Shown here piece after piece: positions 1 through 11,565 of a stretch of 64,000 nt of DNA. Source of the stretch: Balamuthia mandrillaris (lineage: Eukaryota); the NCBI GenBank assembly GCA_031835245.2, contig JAVKOQ020000002.1, positions 1 through 64,000 of the forward strand. The letters are read 5' to 3'. Positions within the stretch are counted from its first letter, which is position 1; every line of letters begins with the position of its first letter. The translations under genes were made by a program, and so were the position numbers. Under the pieces are notes generated by a model. That model ran no database searches. It saw only the letters and a list, made by a program, of their open reading frames with translations, and was not told where the DNA came from.

Positions 1-179
1 CTGAGTACCCGCCCCTAACCAAAAACAATAAAAACAACACTTTAGCAACAAACCGTTGGAAAAAAGATGGTTGTTAAAGCTTATAATCAGCACTACAAGA
101 TCTAACAGTGCTCTGGCATGTGGTTCTTTCTTCTTTCTTTTTGTTTTTTCGCGAAAATCAAATAGCATTTGTGCAAAAT

Positions 180-358
180 TTGTGCACAATACAGTTTCAG
201 TGTTTTGTTCTACCAAAAATATTCTGACTCTCTAACACTTTATTAATACTTAACATATAATATATCTTCTTATAGCCCTTGAGTTGCTCTTTAAGATGAT
301 ACTATTATTATATTTTAAAAGCTGATTCTTAGGTCAAAATCGAGCATAGAACTCTAAC
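180..358. repeat. AT-rich 179-bp dispersed repeat, copy 1 (probable end of an unclassified element)
   Basis: Direct repeat of 22910-23088. The last ~85 bp are identical and both copies stop sharply at ...CGAGCATAGAACTCTAAC. Confidence 0.85.
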
Positions 359-438
359 AAAGCAAAGAGTTTGTTAATAAGATAACTAGTCAATTAGTCC
401 ATCTGTTCATCTATCTGCCCATTCATTCATCCATCAGT

Positions 439-444
439 CAGGCA

Positions 445-540
<96 letters not shown>
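439..540. repeat. (GGCA)n microsatellite
   Basis: About 25 tandem CAGG units; a shorter tract lies at ~921-951. Confidence 0.95.
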
Positions 541-541
<1 letters not shown>

Positions 542-1067
542 TGTTAGAACCTGAGCATAGAACCAAGAGAAAGATGGGAACCAAACATATTTAATGAAAG
601 GAAGAAAACAAGTGTGTTTGTGAGTGTGTTGTTTCTTCATTCATTCATTTGTTTGTTCTTGGTTGTGGGAAAAGTATTTATAGTTGAGAAGGCAATCAAG
701 GAAGGAAAGGGACTCGGGGTTGGGGAGTGACTTCTTGGTTTCTTTGTTCTTAAGTTCTAGGCTCAGGAAAGTTCCAGGGAAGGCAGGAGAAAGATCTTCG
801 GAATGGCTTGATGTTAACATAAAAGATCAATGATAGCTGACATGAGATTGTTGACAGAAAAGAGAAAAGAAACAAAGAAAGAAATGAAGAAAGAGTTGGT
901 TATGTTGGCAGTTGCCAACAGCAGGCAGGCAGGCAGGCAGGCAAGCAGGCAGTATGAATACAACCCTGCAATTAAACAACAAATAAAAGGGGTGATTCCT
1001 TTGAAAATATAGTATTGAGCAAGCAGACCTTTCAACTTGCATCCAGCAAGCAAGCAAACAAAAGAAC

Positions 1068-2210
1068 AGAAAGGCCATGAAGGAGATTAGAAGCAGGCCA
1101 TAGAACAGTGTGCCTGCAAAGATGTAGAAAGGCTGTGAGAGTAATGTAGTTACAAAGGAGAAAAAAGGTCATAAGAAAGGAGAAAGAGACCATGAAGAGT
1201 AGTACAGCCACAAAGGAGAAGAAAGGCCATGGAGAGCAATCTGGCAGCAAAGAAAAAGAAGAAAAAGAAGAAGAAGAAAAAGAAGAAGAAGAAGAAGAAC
1301 CAGAAAAAGAAAGGCAATGGGAAGCAGTGTAACTACAAAGGAGAAGAAAGGTCATGAGGAAGGAGAAGAAAGGCTATGAAGAGTAGTTGGCAGCCACAAA
1401 GGAGAAGAAAGGCCATGAAAAGCAGTATAGCCATGAAGGAGAAGAAGAAAGGCCATGAAGAGCCGTTGAACCAGGAGAGAGGAGAAAGGCTGTGAAGAAC
1501 AGCACCATCACAAAGGAGAAAAAAGGCCATGAAGAGCGAGCAGTGAGAAAGGCTGTGCAGAGCAGTGTGGCTAGCCTCAAAGGAGAAGAAGGGTCATGAA
1601 GGAAAGGAAAGACCATACATAAATTGAAGAACGGCCATGAGGAAGGAAGGAGAAGAAAATGCCATGGAGAGCGGTGTGGCTACAAAGGAGAAGAGAAGCT
1701 GTGAAGAGCAAGCAATGTGGCCACAAAGAAGAAGAAAGGCCATCATAAAGAGGGAGATATACCATGGAGAGTGAGCAGTGTGGTTACAAAGGAGAAGAAA
1801 GGCTGGCCAGCCGGCCGGCCGGCCATGAAGAGCAGTGCAGTTGGCTGCAAAGGAGAAGAAAGGCCGGCCAGTCGTGGAGAGCAGTGCAGCTGCTCTCAAA
1901 GGAGAAAAGAGGCTAGACAGAGCAGTGCAGGTGGGCTCAAAGAAGAAGAATGGAGAAAGGCTGTGAAGAGCAATGTGGCAGGCATAAAGGAGAAGAAAGG
2001 CCAGCCATAAAGAGCAGTGTGAGCGGGCTCAAAGGAGAAGAAACGCCATGAGCAAGAGCAACATAGCCGCAAAGCAAAAGAAAGGAAAAGCCGTGAAAAA
2101 CAATGCACCCACCCACAAAGGAGAAGAAAGGCCTTGAAGGGCAGAGCAGCCACAAAGAAGAAAAAAGGCCTTGAAGGGGAGGAAACAAAGCCTTGGAGAG
2201 CAGTGGCCAT
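1068..2210. repeat. Degenerate purine-rich minisatellite (~35-40 bp unit)
   Basis: Recurring AAAGGAGAAGAAAGGCCATGAAGAGCAGTGTGGC-like units. Confidence 0.85.
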
Positions 2211-3371
2211 GTTTTTTTTTTTCTTTCTTTCTTTCTTTTTCTTTCTTTTTTGATTTATTAATGTTAATTTATTTTTTCCCCACCAGATGAAAAAAGACCG
2301 CGCACAGAGAGAGAGAGAGAGAGAGAGATGTGCGAGACCAAGGACCAAAACGCTTGTTGCTCGCCGCCAGACCGTCGCCTTGGGCTCAAAACTTGGGCGC
2401 TGATAGTACTCGATGAGGGCTATTTTTTGAGCCCTTCTCCGGCCAGGGAGGACCAGCTGCAAGCCCGCACCAGGATGCCCAAGGTCTGACCTCTTTGGAC
2501 CTCGGTCTCGCCCTCACCTCCCCCTCACAGACCCAAAAGCTGCATATGGATGGTACTCAACAAGGGCTATCTTTTGAGCCCGGGTACGCCATAGGAAAGC
2601 ATGGTCCAAGCCCACGCGATCCCCCACAACCACTCTTCACTCATTGACCATACTGGACTTGGTGGCACTTGGTGGAGCAAGAGAGCACCCAGCAGGTGCT
2701 CAAACTCAGCTCCCCTCTAGAACTCCCTTCAGGCTATAGTCGTCGTTTGCAACAAACCCTCTTGAGGCCAGGACGACCATCTGCAAGCCAGGACCATCCA
2801 TGCCCAACAGCACTCCATAGTGATGAGAGTTACTGCCTCCAAAGCAAACCACGTCTTCACTGTCACCATCACCACCACTGCTATCACTGCTGCTGCTGCT
2901 GACACTGAATTGGAATCTTAAGGACTGTTAGCTGTGCTAGGTTGTGAGAAGGAAGAGGAAGAAGAAAGTGGTTGTTTTTCTTGACTTCCTCATTTACTCA
3001 CTTGCTAGCTGGCTTGCTTTCTTTTCTATCCTCCAGCTCTTTCTTTTCTATCATTTAATCCCATCCTCATCACCTATCTACTCTGCTTTTCTCTTTTCTA
3101 TTTCTTCCATTTTCCTATGATTTTCACTGAGCCATTTTTATCTATTAATTATTTCCATTAAATCTCTTTTCTCATTGGATAACCACTTTTTCCTTGTTGT
3201 TGTTTTTTGGTCTTTGTTTCCATTTTGTTGTTGTTGTTTTTTTTTTTTTTTTGATAGAAAAGAAGAAAACAGTTTTTCTGTTTGCTGCAGTAGTGAGAAC
3301 GACACAGCACAGCAAAGGCAAATAAAAGTAATGAGAATGAACTTGTTTGCTCTCTTCTTTTCTTAGCATAA

Positions 3372-3486
3372 CAGTTGTGTGGACTTGCTTCCTTGGGCAG
3401 AAAAGCTCACTGCTGATGCTTCTTCAGCAAAGAGATGAAAACCAAGGGAGTAGGTCTGCATACATGATGCAACAACTGTGCAGACT
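3372..3486. repeat. Satellite (~80-100 bp unit), left part, interrupted by Gypsy insertion
   Basis: Unit GACTTGCTTCCTTGGGCAGAAAAGCT..GCTGATGCTTCTTCAGCAAAGAGATGAAAACCAAGGGAGTAGG; the array resumes at 15563. Confidence 0.9.
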
Positions 3487-3698
3487 TGTTGGAAAACCAA
3501 CAATTTGTGTCATTTTGACTTCCTGTTGACACTTTTCCTGGATACCCCAAATTCTCTCACCCCTTTTTTATTTTCCCTTTTTCCTCATGACACACTCAAA
3601 GCACACACTTTGGTCCACACCTCTTTCCTTGTGAATAAACCCAGAGTTGCTTATGTACTGTCCCTTTCTTGATCCGCAGGGTTTATCTTCCATCAACA
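3487..3698 (+). repeat. Gypsy 5' LTR (212 bp)
   Basis: TGTTGG...TCAACA; contains AATAAA; matches 15352-15562. Confidence 0.95.
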
Positions 3699-3747
3699 TT
3701 TTTTTTAAGCGAACTCTTAGCAGCAAGAAAGGTTCAACCCCACCACA

Positions 3748-5067
3748 ATGAGCAATGATGATGAGCACAGCACTCAATGTAGGGATGAATCATCCCCCAT
3801 GGAACTCCATCTCCTCATTGAAAAGGAGCAGGCCTCCATCCAACTCCTCATGGCCACATGGGATGAGCTCCTCCAATCTCTGCGCATACACCAGATGATC
3901 AATGAGGATGAAATCTTCACCTGACTAACAACCACAAAACGGGATCTCTACTCCACAGAGCAACGCATTCAGGAACTGGATCACGCTCTCCAGCAAGCAA
4001 AGTAGAAAGATCCCCAATACCTCTTCAAATGGCTCAACAGCCTCAAGCTTCATACCTCCAACATTGGCTACCTTGTAGAAGCTGTTGATATCCTCCTCAA
4101 GTGCACAGACAAATCCGTCTTTGAGCGCTACAAGACAACCATCACAAACACCATTACACAAGTGGACAAACAGTTGGACACCCTAACCCACATCATGAAC
4201 AAGATAGCAGACTGCCTCAAGCATATTGAGCTCAACCAAGTGGTCATAGCCCAATGACAACAATACACTGAGTCTGATAAGGTCAAAGAAGGTGAAGAGA
4301 GCCTCTTCTTCAACAGTCCAGCCCACATAGCGGACACCCCCTACCATGCAGTGAATATGTCTTTTACAGAACACCTGTTATTCTCCCCTTTGGCATGACC
4401 TACCTCTCTGGACTCTCCTTCATTCTCTATTAAGATTCTGACTGGTCTTCCAGCTTACAACCCTGAACATGATGGCAACCTGGAACCCTTCTTTCAGCAA
4501 TTGGAGAACAACCTTCAGATTGTCAACCTAAACCCCAACTTGTGGAACATGGCCCTAGCAAAATACACACAAGGGTCAAAGACCACTTCCAGCTGGGTAC
4601 AAAATAACATAGTAATACCTCACTTGCCATGGCATCAGGCCAGAGACATCTACACCACCCACTTCAGCAGCACAGAACTCCAAATCCATCTCCATGATGA
4701 CTTCTTCAAGCTGACTCACCGACCCAAGGAACCAGTGAGAAAGGTCATCAAGAGGATTGATAACATCCTTCAACAGATGGTCAAGCAGCCATCTGAAGCC
4801 CAAAAGATAGCCGCGCTGAAACGCTGCCTCAACCCTTGCCTCCTGGAATCAGTCAGCAACATATTGCTCTCACAGAACGCAGAGAAGTACAATGTAGCTG
4901 TGCAGATCGCCCTTAGCATTGAAGCTAATCTCTATGTACACAAGGCTCCCTCTAGCACCAGCTGCCCTCTTCATCCTACATCTGGACACTCAGTAGTTGA
5001 ATGTAAATGGATAAAGCAGATGAGAGACAACACCCAAACGCCTAGCAAGGCCAGTACCAGCCAACAC
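3748..5067 (+). pseudogene. gag: Gypsy gag (5' part of a single gag-pol ORF)
   Basis: ATG at 3748, same frame as ORF 4501-5130; capsid-like region and CPLHPTSGHSVVEC knuckle; in-frame stops; cut by Copia at 5068. Confidence 0.8.
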
Positions 5068-7727
5068 TGTGAAAACAGGGAGCAGAGTGAAGTACAGTGG
5101 AAGTGGAGAAAAGGTGTGTTTATTGTGTGATTGTCGCCTAGTTAGAAAGAATAACAGAGTTTGGTATTTAAGCTTGTTTGTAATCAAGAGAGAAAGAGAG
5201 ATACTTGGTGATTTGTTTCCTAGTAGATATTAGGAGAGCATTGTTGTGTGATTGCTTGATAGATTAAATTATTGATGTGTTAATACTCCCCCTCAACGTG
5301 AGGCTGATGTCTACATTGAAATGCTAGAGGTAGAAGGAGGAATAGATCTGAGTCCAAAGGATTGCATAAGCTTCTGTAGCTTTGTGCCAGAGAGTGATTT
5401 GGTCATTGTGTCAGCAATGTTGTCATGAGTTGAGATGTATTCTAATTGAATCTCTTTCCTTTTGATTCTCTGTCAGATGAAATGGTAGAGGATGCTGATA
5501 TGTTTTGTTCGTTCATGGAAGACTGTATTCTCAGTGATCTTGATGGTGCTTTGATTGTCCTCTAAGAGCTTGGTCAGTCCACATTGTGGATAACCAAGTT
5601 CATCAAGTAGAAGTCATAACCAGATTGCTTCATGAGCCGTAGTCTGAATCAGTGTAACTGATGAGTTGATCAGCGTTTGGCTTGTTGGCATCATAGATGA
5701 GAGAGAGGTCAATAGTGCCGTGGAGATAGCGCAGGATGTGTTGAAGAGATGAGTAATGGTATTCAGAAGGATCTGAATTGAATCAAGAGACTTGACTAAC
5801 AGCAGAAGAGATGTCTGGTCTTGTGTCACGGGCAGCCCAGAGTAGGCTTCTGATGATAGCTTGATAAAGTTGATCTTTCTCAAGTTTTGGTTTGTTTGGA
5901 GCATGCTTTGCAAGTCGTTCATTTGGAACTAGAGGCGTAGAAAGAGGTCTGCAATTGGACATGCCGTATTTCTCGAGAGTGTTGAGGATGAACTTGCATT
6001 GGTAGATGTAAGTGTGGTGATTGGGAATATCTCATTGGATTTCGAGTCCAAGAATGTATTTTGCTTCTCCAAGGTCTTTGATCTTGAATTTGTTTGCAAG
6101 TTGTTGTTTGATAGGGAGTATGATGTCTGTGCTTTTAGCAGCAATAAGGATGTCATTTACATAAAGTGTGATAATGATGAGATCTTCCCCTTCATCCTTG
6201 AAGTAGATGCACGGGTCAGCAAGACTTTGAGTGAATTCCATGCTGATGATCTGTTTGTGGATTTTGCGGTTTCAGCATCGGGCAGATTGTCATAGTCCAT
6301 AGAGTCCTTTCTGTAGCTTGCATACCCAATTAGGTCGTTTGGGGTCCATGTAGCCAGGAGGTTGCTGCATGAAGATCATTTCTTTGAGCTCTCCGTAGAG
6401 GAAGGCTGTTTGAATGTCCATTTGGTGAAGAACATAGTTGTGAAGAGTAGTGATGCAAATTACCACTTGTATTGATGTGTTGATGGCAATGGGAGAGTAT
6501 ATCTTGTAGTAATTGATACTGTATTGTTGAGTGAAGCCTTTGGTGACAAGGCGAGCTTTGTGCTTGTTAATGGTACCATCAGGGTTTTCTTTGATGGTGA
6601 AGTGCTAGCAGCAGTTGATGATGTTTTCGCCATTGGTAGGAGGAGGGGTTAGGATCCATGTTTGGTTTTGTCATATGGAGTCAATCTCACATCCCATGGC
6701 CTTATGCCATAGTTCATGTTCTAGGCAAGTAATGGTTTGTTGATAGGTTTTGGGAATGAACCGTGTAGCACAAAGAAGAGCATTTGCAGCTGCTTCTGCA
6801 GCTTTGAGAGAAGGTGCATGAAAGCGCACAGGGTACCTGTTAGAGAAACCTGGTGGTTAAGGGTTGGAAGGAGGGGCCGGTTTGGAAGAAGTTGTCTTCA
6901 TGTTTTGTGGTTGGGAAACAGGAACTGCAAAGCTAACATTGTGAGTAGTGGGACTTGGTGGATCAGAAGACAATCATGGTCATGGTCAGTCTACTACTTT
7001 TTTTCCTTTATTCTGTGAGGGCGTGGGAGGTGAGCTAGATGGGAGGGAAGTAGAAGGGGATGGTACAGATGATGTTGGTGATGCACATCTAGTGTAGGTA
7101 TCCGTTGCAGGCAATTCTCCTTTGTTGCTGGGAGCAACAGTAAGTGAAGATGAGGTAGGGATTGAGGCAGGAGCTGATGGTGGTGTAAGAGCCAAATCTA
7201 AAGATGAGGCTCCCCCTGAATTGGAGACGTGTTTGTCATCAGAAGTAGAAGGAAAGTAATCATCAGCGAACAAGAAGAGTCAAGAGACATCCTCTTTGAT
7301 GCTAGGAAGTACATTGTTAGTAGCATCACTGCTGCTATCACTTGTATTGGAGACGCCTTTCTGGGAAAGGGTTGTAGTCTCAGAAGGTCCGGGTTGCAAA
7401 GGTACCGTAGTTGGTTGAGGAATGATTGATGGAGCCTGGTCTGATGTAGTAGGGTTGGACAACGTTGATTGCGGAATGATCTTGGGAGGGCTGTCATCAT
7501 CTTCATTATTGCTAGTAGAGTAGTACACAATGGTACTCAGAGATTTAGTAGGAGGAATAATCACTGGTTCTTCTTTGATGAAGATGATGTCGCAACTAAC
7601 ATTGATACGGTTAGTGCTGAGGTTTAAGAGATGATGGGCTTTCACTCCATCTTCAGGTCCTAGGTAAAGACACTTGTGTGAGTGTGGGTCAAGTTTCTGT
7701 CAATGGGATTTGTTTGTGAGTGCATAT

Positions 7728-9227
7728 CTATACCTGGTTAGGGGCGCGTGACCGAGAAATTTCTGCAGTAAAATTTTTATTGGCAAAAAAAAAATTGAGT
7801 GAAAAAGAAGATGAAGAAGACCGAAAGGGCCGTGTGGGTACCTCTTCACAAGCCCAACGAAGGCGCTCACAAAAGAGCACACAGAGGCACTGTTGTTGAA
7901 GAACTGGCAAAGATGAGAAAGCTCCATGCAAAGCAAAAACAGCAGCAAAAACGACAGCCTATCACTGCCTTTAAAGAGGTTGAAGATGGTTATCTCACAT
8001 GGAGAGGGAGAGGGGACAAAGGCGGGCTTGCCAACCTTCCATGAACACCCTCTAAGGCCACTATTTTCAACGCACTTGCCCCTGATGGTGTTATTGAGGC
8101 CATGCTTGCAGACACTCAAGAAAGAAGGAAGATCGGACACCACCTCCCAACCATCAAAGATGTGCGCCAGTATTGGGCTGCCAAGACCTTCTTGTATAGC
8201 CGCCCCAATGACCTCTGGCAAGACAACTTCCCACTGCAGTTGGAGGAACAAACGGAAGAAGGTGATGTTATATGGAAGATGAAAATGGGTAAAGTTTGAT
8301 ATAAATGACTACAACACTTGTGGTTGACCCCAAACGCGGTTGAACAGCTCAACAAAGCAGCATTGGACCACATCCAGCTTCCTGAAGTGGTTACCATCAA
8401 TGAGAAACTTCTTCCTTTTGACGGAGAGTCTCCTTTCATCCGTTATTGCCCTAAGAAGGACCCACCTCTTGGTCATTGGATCACCGAGACAACATTCTTT
8501 GCTGCTACCACCGACCTTCCTTTCCTCCTCAATGCTTATCCTGTACAACAAAAAGAAGGTCCGACCATGCTACAGTTCTTTCAGCATGGCCTAAAAGACT
8601 TCCCTGCCTTCACAAAGACATCTATAGTAGTAGTTGCAGATGCTTACTACATTGATGACAGCTCTTGGACTTGGCTACAGGAACAAGGATATATGTACTT
8701 GCTAAGTGTCAACCCAACTCACTTCACTGAAGTCTGGGCAATCCTATGACCTCAAGTCAAGCATGTAGGAAACTTTGTGTTTGCATGGAATGAGCAAACA
8801 AACGGGATGACGATGTATTACTGGGACCCTGACCATGGAAAAAAATTTGTTTTAACCGACACCTTCTCCTACCACCACTCCAACATTGCCAAACTCGATC
8901 CTTCTGCCCTCTACTATACATATTCAGATCACTTCAAAGTTGGGAATGACTTGAACCACTTCTTCTACAAAAAAAGATATCCTTATCACTGTTGTGGATG
9001 GCAGTACTCCTTTGATGATTTTCACTTCACTATGCTCTTGTGGAACACTTATGTATTGTGGCATGAAGCACACAACTTAAGAGATGAGAGTGAGCAGATA
9101 CCCTGGAAAGAGTTCTGTTGTAGTCTTGCAAAAGAGCTTGGTAGAATTGTACATTGAATAAAGAATTTTTTCTTCTATTTTTTCCCTGCACAAAATTTCT
9201 CAGTCACGCGCCCCTAACCAGGTATAG
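7728..9227 (+). mobile_element. piggyBac-like DNA transposon, 1500 bp, ATAT TSD
   Basis: 35-bp TIRs CTATACCTGGTTAGGGGCGCGTGAC(C/T)GAGAAATTT with 1 mismatch; ATAT at 7724-7727 and 9228-9231; removing it restores the Copia reading VFRCTTY-ALTNKSH. Confidence 0.93.
7811..9157 (+). pseudogene. piggyBac-family DDD transposase (~448 codons, one frame, internal TGA stops)
   Basis: TI(N)EKLLPFDGESPFIRYCPKKDPPLG matches the piggyBac DE..F.G...QY.P.KP..G motif; VVADAYY second Asp; ORFs 7799, 8102, 8318 and 8777 share a frame. Confidence 0.85.
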
Positions 9228-11565
9228 ATATGTGGTACATCTGAAGACTTGAATGTGGTCGATGTTTAGAACAGTGCCTGTCCAAGCTTCTTCGGGAGTG
9301 ATGTTTTCAAGTGCTGCAGTGCCGATATGGTTGATGATGACTGTAGCCATATAAATAGCTTCAGCCCAGAACCATTTTGGTAGGCGAGCTTGCGTCATTA
9401 GACAGAGTGCTTTCTCGATAAGGGTGTGGTTTTTGCATTTCATAATGCCATTTTGTTGAGGTGTGTATGGTGCAGATCATTGTTGCTTTATGCCGTGGTT
9501 GGCCAGAACTTGTTTGAACAAAGCTCCAATTAATTCTCCACTGCCATCACAATGAAGAGTTTTGATGTTGAGATTGGTTTCATTGGTCATGAGCTTGATG
9601 AACTCTGAGAGGCGAAGGGTGGCTTTGTTTTTGTAGCAAAGAGTGTACATCCATGTTTTGCAAGAGAAGTCATCTGTGAATGTGATGAAGTATCATGCGC
9701 CTTGGATGGATGGAACATCCATGGGACCGCATAGATCAGTGTGGACTAGTTGGAGTCATTCTGTGGCGTGAAAGTTGGACTTCTTCAGAACCGGTGCTTT
9801 GTGTTGCTTGCTGAGAATGCATGGTTTGCATGTGCTGATGCTGTTGTTGTTGAGCATGATGCCCTGAACAAATGAAGGGAGGTGATGGAGAGAGTTGTGG
9901 TTGAGATGACCAAGATGTTGATGCCAAAGATGTGTTAGATTAATCATTGGGTGTGTGCTAGCAATGTATGCTGTGTGGCGACCATTATTGATGATGTGAT
10001 AGTCAGTCAGTAGGTAGTGTCCGTCATGTTTGGTTGCTGTTGCAACAATGTTGTTGTTTGCATCAATGATGTGGTAGTAGTTTAGCTGGAAGATGACCTT
10101 ATTGCCCTTGTCTGTAAGAGTGGCGACAGAAATAAGGTTCTTTGTGATGTCTGGGGCATAAAGAATGTTTGTGATTGGGGTTATCATATGACCATGGTTG
10201 GTACTTATGTTGATGGTACCAATGCTGAGGGTAGGGATGACGGAATCATCTCCGAGAAAGATGTTACCGGGTTGATTGTGGGAGAGGAAAGAGGAAAACT
10301 AATTATGCATATGCATGATGTGTTGTGTAGCACCAGAGTTGATATACCACAGAAGATGTTTATTGTTAGAAGATGAAGAGGTGGCAATGTTAGCGGAGGC
10401 GTTAGCCAGCATGTTGTTGAGTTTGTAACACTCATTAGTGGAATGCGAATGAGAGTTATGGATTTTGCAGTACTTGGTGCTGCCATCACTGTAGCTGTTG
10501 TCATCACTGTTGTTATTCCCATCACTGTTGGATGAAGAACCTGGTGGGGGTTTATGTCCTCTGTCGTGTCAAGTTTGTCAACATCCTTGTCCTTGTCCTC
10601 GTCCTCATCCTTGTCCTTGTCCTTGTCCTTGTTCTCATCTTTGCCCACGGCCTTGACCCTATCCGTGTCCTCCATGTCCACTTGCGTCAGCAGGGCAAGC
10701 AAAAGCATCAGTGGGCTGGTTAGTCCAGCAGTAATGTGACAAAATGATCACAGCAACTTCATCTGGCTTGTTCAGTATGTCATCCAGCCTGGCATTGAAA
10801 AGATCCTGGTACTCTTACAGGAGAGTGCCGATGAGGAAGGATGACTCGAGCGCTTCCATCATGGTGTTACTGTTCGACTTGAGCTCTTGCACTAGATTGC
10901 AGAACTGGGTGATGTGGGCATCCATGTCATTGTCAAGGAGAGGAGCGGTGAGTTGTTTTACAAGGGAAACTGTTGTTCAGGGATCCTTGCGATTGTACTG
11001 TTTTTCCAATTTCATCATCATGTTGATGGGATTTTCAAGGTCCTTGATGTGAAGGAAGACGGTGTTGTTAACATGTTTTGTGAGGAGGTGCATAGCAAGG
11101 TTGAACACCTTTTGTTGGGCGTTGTAATTCTGGTGTGCCGCAATGGTAGTTTCTAGAGCAGGATCAAGGTCCTTGTCAGGCTTAGCAATGACTTGTGTCT
11201 TGCTGTCATAGCACTCAAGCACTCCTTTAGCGCGGGCATAATGGGTGAATCTCGCACACCAAGTGTCCCAGCCTTTCCTGGTAAAGATCGGTAGGTCATG
11301 TGTTGTAGTTTTCTCCATCTTGTAGAGTAAGGGCTCATAACCTGTGAAAACAGGGAGCAGAGTGAAGTACAGTGGAAGTGGAGAAAAGGTGTGTTTATTG
11401 TGTGATTGTTGCCTAGTTAGAAAGAATAACAGAGTTTGGTATTTAAGCTTGTTTGTAACCAAGAGAGAAAGAGAGATACTTGGTGATTTGTTTCCTAGTA
11501 GATATTAGGAGAGCGTTGTTGTGTGATTGCTTGATAGATTAAATCATTGATGTGTTAATAAATGC

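Larger units (their letters stand above)
5300..11318 (-). pseudogene. pol: Copia gag-pol (gag, protease, integrase, RT, RNase H), degraded; 3' coordinate approximate
   Basis: MEKTTTHDLP start at 11318; LWHQHLGHLN..CKPC pre-integrase; WAEAIYMA integrase; DPCIY, LYVNDILI and KDLGEAKYILGLEI RT motifs; ADTMTKSL RNase H end; many TGA stops. Confidence 0.92.
5068..11560 (-). mobile_element. Ty1/Copia LTR retrotransposon inserted antisense into Gypsy gag
   Basis: 218-bp LTRs at 5068-5285 and 11343-11560; PBS GGTTATGAGCCC next to the 5' LTR (copia-type internal tRNA-iMet primer); PPT GAGGGGGAG next to the 3' LTR; 5-bp TSD AACAC/AATGC. Confidence 0.95.

Noticed and set aside
1..20. CGCCCCTAACC match to the piggyBac TIR, or a telomere-like CCCTAA
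   Set aside because: Only 11 bp, lacks the terminal AGGTATAG, is a single unit and is cut by the window edge.
434..2462. Short ORFs in the first 2.5 kb
   Set aside because: Products of (GGCA)n and the purine-rich minisatellite; no coding signal.
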